A stretch of DNA of 64,000 bases from an uncultured bacterium (GCA_963749495.1 CAVVMW010000014.1:64001-128000); one strand, 5' to 3'. Shown: positions 10,640 through 20,343, counted from the first letter of the stretch. Numbers and translations: made by a program. The notes: generated by a model from the sequence alone, not told the origin.

Positions 10640-10930
10640 TCACAGGACCAGCGGCTCCGTGAGGTCCAGGGGCTTGCCCGCTCCGTGGTGCTCGGTGCGC
10701 AGGACAGCCTTTTCGTCCAGAAAGTAGAAGCGCAAAGAGTCTTCATCGGCCTTGATCTCGCGCAGCAAGCGCTCGCGCAGTTGCACCCATTCCTTCTGGC
10801 CCACCTGGCACTCGAAGACGGACTTCTGGACGCGGGTGCCGTAGTCCTGGCAAGCGCGGGCCACCCGCCGCAACCGGCGGTGCCCGGCTTTCTCGACGGT
10901 GGCGACATCGTAAGTGACAAGCACAAACAT
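10640..10930 (-). CDS. cas2: CRISPR-associated endonuclease Cas2
   Basis: VLVTYDV...RLRRVARACQDYGTRVQKSVFEC...DSLRFY, 96 aa. Confidence 0.97.
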   Translation of the reverse strand: MFVLVTYDVATVEKAGHRRLRRVARACQDYGTRVQKSVFECQVGQKEWVQLRERLLREIKADEDSLRFYFLDEKAVLRTEHHGAGKPLDLTEPLVL

Positions 10931-10939
10931 GGGGCCTCC

Positions 10940-12025
10940 TCATTTGGGAACGAGCGGGACGTAATGCGGCAGGTCGCCGCGGAGGTGGCGGGCCAGCATG
11001 CGCGCCTGGATGAAGGGGAGCTGGCCGATCCGCAGGTTCTGCTCCAGCAACGGATGGGAGAGCGTCTCCCGCTTTCGTTCCTGGTAGGCCTGGATGACGA
11101 GCTTGCGGGCGGCGTCGGTGAACTCGACCGCGCCGCCCTCACGCTCCTTGAAGTGCTCGGGCCGGCCTGCTGCCGGTTTATGAGCGTCACCGCCAGCCGG
11201 TCCGCCAGCCAGGGCCGGAATTCTTCCATGAGGTCCAGGGCGAGCGAGGGGCGATTGGGCCGGTCGGCGTGGAGGAACCCGACGAACGGGTCCAACCCGG
11301 CGCTCGTGAGGGCGGCCACGCAATCGTGCCGGACCAGGGCATAAATGAAGGAGAGCAGGCAATTGATGCGGTCGCGCGGAGGCCGGCGGCTGCGGGCGGC
11401 GAAGGCAAAATGCTCCCGCTGCTGCTTGAGCAAGAGTGTGAACACTGAAAAGTAGCCTTGCGACGCCATGCCCTCCGCGCCGCGCACCATATCGAGGCCG
11501 GTTTGCAGGGCCAGGTATTGAATCTGCCGGGCCATCGCGTCGGCCGCCTGGGCGAGTTCCCCGCGTTCGGCCTGGCTCTCCGTCTCACGGGCCGCCCGCA
11601 GGATGCTGTTGCGCGAATTCTGAATCTTGCCGGCCACGATCTGCCGCGCAATCTCCAGGCACCTGGCCGGGTCGTCGGCCGCCCGGAACTGCGTGCGGCG
11701 CAGCGTCACGCTTGTGTCGGCAACGCCGGTCAAGCGGGCCTGCAAATAGCCGTTCTCGGTGAGGAAATTCACGGCCACGCCGTGCTCCCAGCACAGGTCC
11801 AGCGCCGGGGGACTGACGGTGCTGGGGCCAAAGACACAAATCAATTCGAGGTGATGGATGGGGATGGAAAGTTTGCGCCAATCAATGGCGTTGGCGCGGG
11901 TCCGCTGGTGCCGGCTCGAGGTCCGGCGGGAAGGACGGCACTTCCACCTGCAAGGTGAGATGGTCGCGGCCCACGTAGGAGGACGGCGTGATCAGGTAGA
12001 GTGTGTTGAGCTGGAGGTCGGCCAT
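10940..12025 (-). CDS. cas1: Type I-C Cas1 (two frameshifts, near 11900 and 11160)
   Basis: Three frames join: LNTLYLIT..., IPIHHL..RRPPRDRINCLLSF..GLDPFVGFLH..SLALDLMEEFR, and ..QARMLARHLRGDL. Confidence 0.93.
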
Positions 12026-12047
12026 AGGGATTAAGTGGTCATGAACA

Positions 12048-12816
12048 CTAGGTTTTGAAGAGGGCCGCCGCCGCCCGGTTGACACTGTCGGGGTTGCCGC
12101 AAAGTTCCGGCAGGCAAACCGCGTAGAGGGAACACTCCTTGCAGGCGGGCTTGAAAACCGCCGTCGGCAGTTCCGGGCCGGGCGCGGGCAATGGGGCAGG
12201 GACGAGTGTCGAGGGTCGAGGGCTGCGCCACTCCGCACTCCGCACCAAAGTCTGTTGAGCGGAACGAAATCCCGACTGGTCGGGACACTCCGCACTCCAT
12301 GGCCGCAAGGGCATGCAGGGCGGCGATCCCCTCCATTGTGAGTTGCCGCAGCGCGGGCGTGAACTCGACCTCGCGCCGGCGCTTGCTCTGGGCATGAAAG
12401 ACCGCCCCCGCCGGAACGGGGACGCCGAACATTTCCTCCAGGCACAGCGCCTGCGCGCAGAGCTGGGCATCGTCGTTGGCCCACTGCCGCCGCGGCCCCA
12501 CCTTGAACTCGACAGGGCACAGGCTCCCATCCAGATGGCGCTCAACAATGTCGCATTTGCCGTTGAGGCCCAGGCGGTCCGACCACACGGGCAGCGCGCG
12601 CAGCAGCGTCACCCCGCGCACCACCTCGTAGCCGGGCAGGTCGCTGTGCTCGTGCGCGATGTCCCCGCGCTCGGTGTGTACATTGGCCTCCCGCCGCCCC
12701 TCGACCAGCTTCAGCGCCGCCCGGCGCGGGCAATAGAGATAATCGTTGAGCAGCGAGAGCGGCAGCGGCTCCGGCGCCTCGGCCGGCTGCGCTTTGGGGT
12801 TTTCCACCGGGGTCAT
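12048..12816 (-). CDS. cas4: Cas4 with repeat-derived insertion and a frameshift before the C-terminal Cys cluster
   Basis: YCPRR, GKCDIVE..PVEFK, QLCAQALCLEEM; C-terminal CKECSLYAVCLP lies in another frame. Confidence 0.9.
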
Positions 12817-12842
12817 AAACCAAAATCCGGCAGTTCGGTTTT

Positions 12843-12970
12843 TTCAACCACAGATGGATACGGACAAACACGGATGCGCAAATGCGCAAAGGGGCTCACC
12901 CTATGCGCGCACGCGGCTTGTTGGGTTTCCTCTGTGAATCCGTGTTGATCCGTGTTCATCTGTGGTTGAA
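12843..12970. repeat. REP-like inverted repeat built from 9-mers
   Basis: ttcaaccacagatggatacggacaaacacggat ... atccgtgttgatccgtgttcatctgtggttgaa. Confidence 0.75.
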
Positions 12971-12979
12971 CTGCGGTTT

Positions 12980-13270
12980 TCAGGATAAATCGCCGCAAAT
13001 TGGCGCGCGGTGCGCGAAGAGATCCTCTGGCTCTTTGCCCGTGACCTGCAGCCACAATGCATCGGCGCAGAGGTCCAGTTCGCCAGGCCAACTGAGCGTG
13101 CGGCCATGCTCTCCGATGCTGGCCTGACGGAAGAAACCATAATCGGTCCAGGCAGCAAAAACCCCCTTCCCCACCTCGGCCGAGAAGTCAGCCTGGCCGT
13201 CCGCGCCGTCATCGAAACGGAGCCGGACTCGGTAATTGTCCAGCACCTCGAAAGCGGTGATTCTTTTCAT
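12980..13270 (-). CDS. DUF2442 domain protein (putative antitoxin-like)
   Basis: YRVRLRFDDG...GVF...F...TLSWPGELDLCADAL pattern. Confidence 0.82.
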   Translation of the reverse strand: MKRITAFEVLDNYRVRLRFDDGADGQADFSAEVGKGVFAAWTDYGFFRQASIGEHGRTLSWPGELDLCADALWLQVTGKEPEDLFAHRAPICGDLS

Positions 13271-13394
13271 AAGATTACAGTGGCACGTCAGGGCCGCGCA
13301 GCCGCGAGCAGGAGCCGAGCGGGAACCGCCGCCCGCACCGCGCTAAGCATGCCTGCGAAAATGAGTTCCGGCGCGCTTGCTGCGGATGGAGCCA

Positions 13395-13488
13395 AAGCGC
13401 GGGGATGCCGCGCACTCCAGACGCTTCGCGAGCTCAAACGCGCGTCCCTGCTTCGCGAAGCGTTTGGAGTGCGGCGCATTCCGCCGCT
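13395..13488. repeat. REP-like inverted repeat
   Basis: gcactccagacgcttcgcg ... cgcgaagcgtttggagtgc. Confidence 0.7.
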
Positions 13489-13607
13489 CTCAGCGCCCTG
13501 GCGCCCAGGCCCGCATCCCGAGCCTGCCTTTCCCTCGCGGCCCGCAGCCGTCGTGTTGAAATGTTGGCCTTGCGCCTCAATCCCGGGATTTGCTCTTGCG
13601 CGCACCC

Positions 13608-14624
13608 TCAAGCACTGGCGGCATTTTCCGCACGCAGTGGAATGTTGTTGCAGAGAGCATGGAATCTGACCTTCTCGAAGCCGGGAAGGGGCTCGCCATC
13701 TTTTGGCAACGACTCAAAGCAATAGTCAGTGACGTTGCGGGGAATCACCTTCTCGTCAACGCGCTTTGGCCGCGGAATCATTTGAAACAGCTGGTGGGAT
13801 GGTGCATTGCCCAAGGAATCTGTGTGTTCAAAGACGAAGAGGGCCTGCGCGTGCATCTCCCCCCGGCTGGCTGAATGGTCGAACTCAAACATGTTCGCCA
13901 AGGCCCGATACAGAGCGGCCAGGTCGCCAGCCTTGAAGCCAGTGCCGTTGGTGACGTTAAGCTCCTGGCTGGCTAGGAATGGATTGTAGAAGCCGTGCAG
14001 GCAGTAGAGAGCGTAGTTCACCAGCGCCTTGCGGCCCATTTCTGTCTGCTTGCGCTCAAAGTCCTCTGGAGTGGTGATGGCGATCCGGGTGATGGAACAG
14101 TCCATTTGAAAAATCGGATCAACCGAACGACTGAACCCGATTTGGATTGGGCCACGGACTTGGCCTGCATTTGCTCCCGTGGACATCACGGCCCCGAACG
14201 TGCGGATGTCAAAGAACTTTTCCATCATCCATTTCTTTGCGGTTTCGCGGTCCTGGCGGTTACGCTCGCCCTCGGTCTCCTTGCCATTCTTATCCTTGTT
14301 TATGGGTGGCTTTGGCTCGGCTTTCGATATGAGACTGTTCAACGCTTCGGTGTTCTGTATGAAAATTCGGTAGGGCGATTGGTTGTCCGCCCACATTTGG
14401 ATCGTGTTCCGAATCTTCCGTTTGATGCAAACGTCCGTGACGAGGCCGTGCTGCGTTTCTGGATCAATGCGCGGAAGATTTCCGGCATCGGGGTCACCGT
14501 TCGGATTGCAGTCAAGCGCGTCGAAGAAAAAGACGAATTCTTGGCGGCCCATGACTGTCTGGTCTCTGCCCATCTTGTCGAGCGTGTCGAGGTATTTGTG
14601 TTTTGGTGTTTCGGGTGTTTTCAT
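13608..14624 (-). CDS. cas7: Type I-C Cas7 (Csd2)
   Basis: NPNGDPDAGNLPRID, VTDVCIKRKIR, FDIRTFGAV, GQVRGPIQ, MGRK, GNAPSH. Confidence 0.96.
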   Translation of the reverse strand: MKTPETPKHKYLDTLDKMGRDQTVMGRQEFVFFFDALDCNPNGDPDAGNLPRIDPETQHGLVTDVCIKRKIRNTIQMWADNQSPYRIFIQNTEALNSLISKAEPKPPINKDKNGKETEGERNRQDRETAKKWMMEKFFDIRTFGAVMSTGANAGQVRGPIQIGFSRSVDPIFQMDCSITRIAITTPEDFERKQTEMGRKALVNYALYCLHGFYNPFLASQELNVTNGTGFKAGDLAALYRALANMFEFDHSASRGEMHAQALFVFEHTDSLGNAPSHQLFQMIPRPKRVDEKVIPRNVTDYCFESLPKDGEPLPGFEKVRFHALCNNIPLRAENAASA

Positions 14625-14658
14625 GTTCGATTTGAGCGCGTTCAAAGTTTTGTTGGGT

Positions 14659-16716
14659 TCACTCGGATTCAGCAGCCGGAGCTTCCGAGGCTTCCTGGTC
14701 CGGCAGATCGGCAAGCAGAGAAACATCAAAACGGGCGCGGTTCACAAAGTCTTCCAAGGCCGCCAACTCCGTCTTGCTTTCTTCGGCGAGCGTCCCCTCC
14801 TTTCGCTGCTTCCTGAGCTTGGCGTAACGGGACACGAGGAAGAAGTATTGACGCTGATGGTGAAACCCGAGGATGAAAACTCCGGCCTCTTTCGGTGTCA
14901 GGGTGGGCGGATACGTTTTCAATTTGCTCAGGATCTCGTCAAGCAGTTTCTCAAGTTGCAGGGACTTCGTGGGCAGGTCCCGTTTGAGCTTGTTCAGATG
15001 ATGGCGGGAATTCCGATAAACCACCGGTAAGACACTACACGGGGCTGAGGATGCGCTTCCCATGTAGCGGTCTGCCACGGTCAATTTGCCGGGCTTTCCG
15101 CGCTCGCTGCTGTTTGACCATCGCATGGCGTCGTCGCAAACAGCGAGCAGACGACCGCAATGGTATTCGGGTTCTTGCCGGTCCACGTCGAGACCGACCT
15201 CGAATGGTTCTTCGTTGTTTTTCATAAGCCGATTCAGGGCCAGGCGCAGGAGCGCCATTCGGGCGGTTTTGAGTTTGTAGTCGCCGGTTGGATTCTCTTT
15301 CTCGAATTCAGTTTGCGGGAGGATGCGGACTCGGTTGACCAGCATTTGCAGCACCGCCGGGGGGACGGGCTTGCGCAAGAAGGCGCTCAAGAACAAGCCA
15401 GAAGAAACGACTGGCGGGAACTTCCATTCGTCGCCGGCTTGGCCGGGCTGCCGGACGGTCACTTGGCAAAGGCGGACAAGGGGCAACGGCTTGTAGCTCG
15501 GGCCATATTCTGCGAAACGGTCCTTCAAGTCCTCAAACCACGCTTTAAGATTCTGCGCGACCTTCTCGACATTGGTTTCGCTCCAATAACGAATGAGGGT
15601 TCGCAGCCTGCTGGAACGTGAAAATCCCAAGATGTAGAATTTGCGCTCCGCGATTTCCTTCGGGATGCCGCGGCGAACGCTCTGCAAAAGCTCCTTGACA
15701 GATTGGGGTTCAGCATCGCTGATACTTCCGAAATCGAATCCCGTTGGGTCTTTTGACCAAAACGCGAACATCACCGGGGCAACGCTATCTGCTTCGCCAG
15801 GCTTCGGTTTCCCGGCGCGGACGAGGTAATGCGTGGCCGGATTCCTCAGGAGCGCCTCGATCCCTCGGATGGCGGCCTTCATGCAATCAAAACAGAGGGA
15901 CGCGTTTTCTCCGTCTTCAAAGCCGTATGAATGGAACGCATCTTTCCCATAACAGATCAGGTAGGTCTTTCCGCCGGGCAGCCCCTCGTATTGATCGAAC
16001 GTGGGAACGGCGGGTTTTGATTGTCCACAGCAGATGCAAGCCGGGGTTTCACCATGCACAGATGCTTTCTGCCGTCCGGCGTTTATCTTTGAAAAGTGGC
16101 TGCTCCAATACCGACGCACATTGGGACTGGCTTGGAACGCCGGAAGCAGATTGTCCTCCTTCAAACACACCGCAATGCGCTCCTTCGGTTTCTTTACAAC
16201 AAATCTCCTTTCGGCAGCGTCCTCCTTGATGACCAGTTTGCCCGAGCCCCGAGGCGGATTCTCATCCCAAATCACTTGGATTTTCCCTGCGCTTAAGTTG
16301 TCGAAGAATTTCCTGATGCCTTGGGCACGCGAGTCGTCTGGGAAGGCCTCCGCAAACTCTTTGATTCTGGCCATGTGGGAATCGCGGTTTTTCGCCCCAA
16401 GTTCACTTTCGGAAATCCCAAAGTAGTATTCCAGATTGTCAGCCAGGAATTGAGGGTTGCCGCCTGACGAGCGCGAATTGATCACCTCCCTCGGAACGCC
16501 ATGGAGCGGCTCGAATCTGTCCGGTTTCCTCTTCCCCTTCTCATCTCGCTGCTCAACACCTCGGTAATGCAAATTGATGAAGTGCCCATCACGATCAATC
16601 TCCAACAGCCAGTGAATCGCCACATTGTCGGCAAAGGCATCGGCACTGATCCCATCTTCGCCGGGCGGCCTCACGCTTTCGCTGTCGCCGTATTCTCGCA
16701 ATGCTTGCAGGATCAT
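14659..16716 (-). CDS. cas8c: Type I-C large subunit Cas8c (Csd1), divergent
   Basis: MILQALREY start, RSSG..FLADN, Cys pairs, YHCGRLLAV, F.LGFHHQR; position between cas5 and cas7. Confidence 0.9.
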   Translation of the reverse strand: MILQALREYGDSESVRPPGEDGISADAFADNVAIHWLLEIDRDGHFINLHYRGVEQRDEKGKRKPDRFEPLHGVPREVINSRSSGGNPQFLADNLEYYFGISESELGAKNRDSHMARIKEFAEAFPDDSRAQGIRKFFDNLSAGKIQVIWDENPPRGSGKLVIKEDAAERRFVVKKPKERIAVCLKEDNLLPAFQASPNVRRYWSSHFSKINAGRQKASVHGETPACICCGQSKPAVPTFDQYEGLPGGKTYLICYGKDAFHSYGFEDGENASLCFDCMKAAIRGIEALLRNPATHYLVRAGKPKPGEADSVAPVMFAFWSKDPTGFDFGSISDAEPQSVKELLQSVRRGIPKEIAERKFYILGFSRSSRLRTLIRYWSETNVEKVAQNLKAWFEDLKDRFAEYGPSYKPLPLVRLCQVTVRQPGQAGDEWKFPPVVSSGLFLSAFLRKPVPPAVLQMLVNRVRILPQTEFEKENPTGDYKLKTARMALLRLALNRLMKNNEEPFEVGLDVDRQEPEYHCGRLLAVCDDAMRWSNSSERGKPGKLTVADRYMGSASSAPCSVLPVVYRNSRHHLNKLKRDLPTKSLQLEKLLDEILSKLKTYPPTLTPKEAGVFILGFHHQRQYFFLVSRYAKLRKQRKEGTLAEESKTELAALEDFVNRARFDVSLLADLPDQEASEAPAAESE

Positions 16717-17594
16717 GATTCCAGCCCTCCTTTCTCCATTGTCCCCTCGTGAAGCCGCCCCGCTTGGCGCAGTGCGTCCTTTCGAGCATCCAGCACCCCC
16801 TGTTTGACGATTGCATCAAAGAATTCAGCGTGGATGCGCTGGCCGTCGTTCGTGTAGGTGATATCGTAAAGCATCCGGCCAATCGGCTCGCCCACCTCGC
16901 CAACTCCGTAAGTTCTCAGCGGTTCGCCTGGCAGCAGTTCGCCCTCGTCATCGGCGACCTCGGCATCAACCGGGCTGAAGTGGGCGAAAAGCTCGCGGCA
17001 GCCGAGCGACGGCCGATGGAAGCATTGCCCCTTGGCGACTCGCCGCGTGAAGGCGGCTTGGTATTTGCGGGTGCTGTCAACCGGACGTAGGCCGCCAAAG
17101 CGGCTCCTCAGCTTGGCTTTTTCGCGCTGGAGAACGATTCTGGCAAAGATGTTGTACCCCACGTCTGCCATCGCCAACATGTTTCGCTGAGTGCAGTTCT
17201 CCTCTTGGCCGAGGAGCGGGTTGTGTAGGCTCATCTGCCTCTTGATTCCCTTTTCCTCTCGATATCTCCCTTTGATGTCAGAGAGCAAATGCTCCACCGC
17301 TTCATGGCCCGTCAGCCATTTGTCCTCGGCGCGTTTCAAATCAACCACCTTCTGCACCTCGTTGCGCCGAATGGAAACGAAACGGAGTGGGCGGAGCACC
17401 TCGATGCGCGTAATGGCGTAGCTGAATTCGGGCTTGAACAGGATCGCCTCCAGAATGCCGCGCGCGGCAGATGGTGTCATGACGGGATAGGAAACGCGCT
17501 CGACTTTGAATTCGGGCCGCGTGAAACAGGCGAGCGCGCCCCACACTTTGACCGAGACTTCGCCAAGAGGCGGTTTGCAGTATTCTTTGTTCAT
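16713..17594 (-). CDS. cas5c: Type I-C Cas5 (Cas5d), with internal insertions
   Basis: VWGALACFTRPEFKVERVSYPVMTPSAARGILEAI, IRRNEV, GQCFHRPSLGCRE; ATG overlaps the cas3 stop. Confidence 0.95.
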   Translation of the reverse strand: MNKEYCKPPLGEVSVKVWGALACFTRPEFKVERVSYPVMTPSAARGILEAILFKPEFSYAITRIEVLRPLRFVSIRRNEVQKVVDLKRAEDKWLTGHEAVEHLLSDIKGRYREEKGIKRQMSLHNPLLGQEENCTQRNMLAMADVGYNIFARIVLQREKAKLRSRFGGLRPVDSTRKYQAAFTRRVAKGQCFHRPSLGCRELFAHFSPVDAEVADDEGELLPGEPLRTYGVGEVGEPIGRMLYDITYTNDGQRIHAEFFDAIVKQGVLDARKDALRQAGRLHEGTMEKGGLES

Positions 17595-20137
17595 GCGGTA
17601 TCCATGGGCCAGTGGCCGTTGAGGTTTAGGCCGTATTCGTGGTGGTATGCGGCAGTGAAAAAGACCCCCGGGACGATCTCCTCGAAAAGCATCCTGTATT
17701 CGCGGAACTCGTGTTCGTAGATGTTGACCTGAAAACGCCGCACCATCCGCATAACGCAAGACAACCGGAATGGATCGAACTGCGTGGCGCGCATCAGGCC
17801 TTTCAGGCGCTCGACCGCATGGCCGCGCCCGGACCAGCCTACAAACACGGACGTTGCCGGTGCATCAATCACTTGGAATGCCTTGGCGGTATCCTCAAAC
17901 GCCTGACCCGGACGCAAGTCCCGGTTGATTTTCCGATCTCGAAATTCCGGGTGAGTTGGCCGGTCGAGTGAATCCAATCGAAAGATCCGGTCATAGTAGC
18001 GGACAAACGTGCCTTGAGCGTCCAAGTCGTGTTTCCAAAATGTCGTCTGCGTCTCGGACGTCCCCTGTCGGTACCTCGCATCGGGCGGAAGTTTTTTCGC
18101 TTCCTCGCGTCCTTGGTCCTCAGGGTTGAAGAGAACAACCCTCCCCTTCCGAGGGCGAATTCCATGCCGGTTGCACCGGCCTGCGGCTTGGGCGATCGAA
18201 TCCAGCGGACCGACTGCGCGGAAGAGAACGGGAAAGTCAATATCCACGCCGGCTTCGATACACTGCGTTGCCACCAGAGCGAATCCATCAGGAGTCGTGA
18301 GGAGTTCGCAAGCCTCTCGCAAAACCTCGCGACGATGGGCGGGGCAGAGGTTGGTGGACAGATGGAGAACACGGACACCGCGCTTCAAAAGCTCAAGGCA
18401 TAATTCGTGGGCGTGGCGTTTGAGGTTCACCACAATAAGGCTCTGCGGATAGCGTTGGATGGCGTCGGCGACTTGCGGCCAAGTGCTGAGGCCCGGCAGA
18501 GTTGAATCCCAATCGTAGTCCACGCGCGGGCTGATGGCGAAGGGCTGCGCCGAATCGCTGATCTTATGAAGCGGTGGGAAGCGTTGCAGCAAGGTTTGAA
18601 TCGGTTTGTTATTCGGCTGGGCGGCGGCATATTCGCCAAACTGGATTGCGCTCTGAACGGTTGCGGAGAAATCCGGGAGTGTCGCCGACATGAACACGAA
18701 GGAAGTCCCAGCGAACTCGCAAAACTGCTGGATCATCGCCAAGAGCGGCAGGAGCAAATGGCGCGGAAAGTTTTGGACTTCGTCAAAGATCACAACGGAA
18801 TTGGCGATGTTGTGGAGCTTTCGGCTTGTGGCAGGCGAGTCAGTGAAAAGGCTCTCGAAGAACTGAACGGTCGTGGTCACCACAATCGGCGCGGACCAGT
18901 TTTCCGCAGCCAAATCCAGCGCCGTCGGATTGTCGTCGCGCGCTGACTTGGGAGACGCCGTTGAGAGACTATGATGCTCCAGGACTGCCACTCGCCCGAA
19001 CGCCTCCCGAAACTCTTTGGCCACCTGGTCAATGATGCTGAGGTAGGGTTCGACGATGATTACGCGCCGCAAGCCGTGCCTTTCGGCGTGACGCAACGCG
19101 AAGTTCACGGACCCGAGCGTCTTTCCGCCGCCTGTGGGGACATTCAGCGTGAACATGCCTTGTGGAAGCTGCGAATCTCTCTCGCAGGCGAATCTGACGG
19201 ATTCGCGCAGTGAACGGACTTCCGCCGACTGCTGGGCGGTCGATTTGCTACCGACGAAGGTGTCCAGCACTCCGCGCAGTCGCCGAACATCCGGCGCCTG
19301 CTCACGGTAGGTGTCGCGAGTGAGCGCCTTGCGTCGCTGCGTGCATTGTTCCGTGTCCAACCGGTCGGCGTCAACAAGGGCTGAGAAAAGCAGGCGAGTC
19401 AGGAACTCGCAGGCCAAAGGGTCCCTCGCCTGCGAACGCAAGGACGGGCGCTGCTCTGCAAGGGTTTCCAGACAATCGATCCCGCTCTGGAGGCGGGAGG
19501 CCTCGCGTGGATCACTTGTAAGTGCAAGCTGCTCCTGGAAATCAGCTAGTGCCGCTTTCACTAAATCGGCTGAGGGACCAGAGACACGCTCCTGTCTCTG
19601 GATCCTGTCATTGTTCGCAGACCTACCATTGGCAAGCCCCGCATGGTGGCCGCCAATTGCAAAGCTGGCGGCCATGAATCCCGCAGAGCCTGCGCTTTGG
19701 CAAACGCTGCTCCCGGCGTACGCGTGTGGCGCTTCAGCCTCCAAAGCCCGCAGCAGCAGCTGGAATTTGAGCCGATACTTTCCGAGGTCGTGAAGCAGGC
19801 CCGACAGGTAACCCTCATCCCCCAGTCCGATAAACATGGCGAAGTCGCGGGACTCCTCCGCGACGTTCATCAAGTGCGTGTAGAGGGGTTGCCACCCCAC
19901 TTGGATTTCAGCCAAGTCGCAGAGAGAGTGCTTCGCCCCGGTTCGCTTCCTGAATTCTTCTGCCGTCAAGCACTTGCCAGCAAACCTCCCAAACGTAAAT
20001 AGGGTTTCACCCTTTGCCGCCTGCAGGGTATGAGCGTAAAACCTGATCGTCATCTCAATTTCATTGATTCCTGCGCCTTCAGCGCCTGTGGTGCTGCGGT
20101 TCTCCATCGTGAACATCGCTTTGTGCTGGGTGATCAT
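17591..20137 (-). CDS. cas3: Cas3 HD nuclease-helicase (alternative start 20053)
   Basis: FYAHT, LLHDLGK, HHAGL, LVDADRLDT, PTGGGKT, DEVQ, SAT, EAGVDIDF, QAAGRCNR. Confidence 0.97.
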   Translation of the reverse strand: MITQHKAMFTMENRSTTGAEGAGINEIEMTIRFYAHTLQAAKGETLFTFGRFAGKCLTAEEFRKRTGAKHSLCDLAEIQVGWQPLYTHLMNVAEESRDFAMFIGLGDEGYLSGLLHDLGKYRLKFQLLLRALEAEAPHAYAGSSVCQSAGSAGFMAASFAIGGHHAGLANGRSANNDRIQRQERVSGPSADLVKAALADFQEQLALTSDPREASRLQSGIDCLETLAEQRPSLRSQARDPLACEFLTRLLFSALVDADRLDTEQCTQRRKALTRDTYREQAPDVRRLRGVLDTFVGSKSTAQQSAEVRSLRESVRFACERDSQLPQGMFTLNVPTGGGKTLGSVNFALRHAERHGLRRVIIVEPYLSIIDQVAKEFREAFGRVAVLEHHSLSTASPKSARDDNPTALDLAAENWSAPIVVTTTVQFFESLFTDSPATSRKLHNIANSVVIFDEVQNFPRHLLLPLLAMIQQFCEFAGTSFVFMSATLPDFSATVQSAIQFGEYAAAQPNNKPIQTLLQRFPPLHKISDSAQPFAISPRVDYDWDSTLPGLSTWPQVADAIQRYPQSLIVVNLKRHAHELCLELLKRGVRVLHLSTNLCPAHRREVLREACELLTTPDGFALVATQCIEAGVDIDFPVLFRAVGPLDSIAQAAGRCNRHGIRPRKGRVVLFNPEDQGREEAKKLPPDARYRQGTSETQTTFWKHDLDAQGTFVRYYDRIFRLDSLDRPTHPEFRDRKINRDLRPGQAFEDTAKAFQVIDAPATSVFVGWSGRGHAVERLKGLMRATQFDPFRLSCVMRMVRRFQVNIYEHEFREYRMLFEEIVPGVFFTAAYHHEYGLNLNGHWPMDTA

Positions 20138-20167
20138 TTACGTATAGCGGGCCACTCAATGGCGACA

Positions 20168-20195
20168 ATCTTACGTTTACCTTGCAATTTGTCAA
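20168..20195 (-). promoter_or_regulatory. Predicted cas operon promoter
   Basis: Minus strand TTGACA-N16-TAAGAT in an AT-rich island; start site expected near 20161. Confidence 0.7.
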
Positions 20196-20240
20196 TAGTA
20201 AAAATAGTTAACTTTGAAGGTTTTTGCTTTATTGTCTGAC

Positions 20241-20343
20241 GTTCGCCAACCCTGGCGCGGATTGAAATATTGACTGGCCTGCTATGAGCAGAGAATTCAG
20301 CAGAGAGAGCCGACCGGGCCAAAACTCGGTCGGCTCCTGCTTT
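20241..20343 (+). ncRNA. Solitary CRISPR repeat-spacer-hairpin unit (crRNA-like regulatory RNA, CreR-like)
   Basis: gttcgccaaccctggcgcggattgaaat shares ggcgcggattgaaa with the array repeat and keeps a stem plus 11-nt handle; the following sequence matches 20144-20160 (minus); 12-bp hairpin at 20307-20336. Confidence 0.8.
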
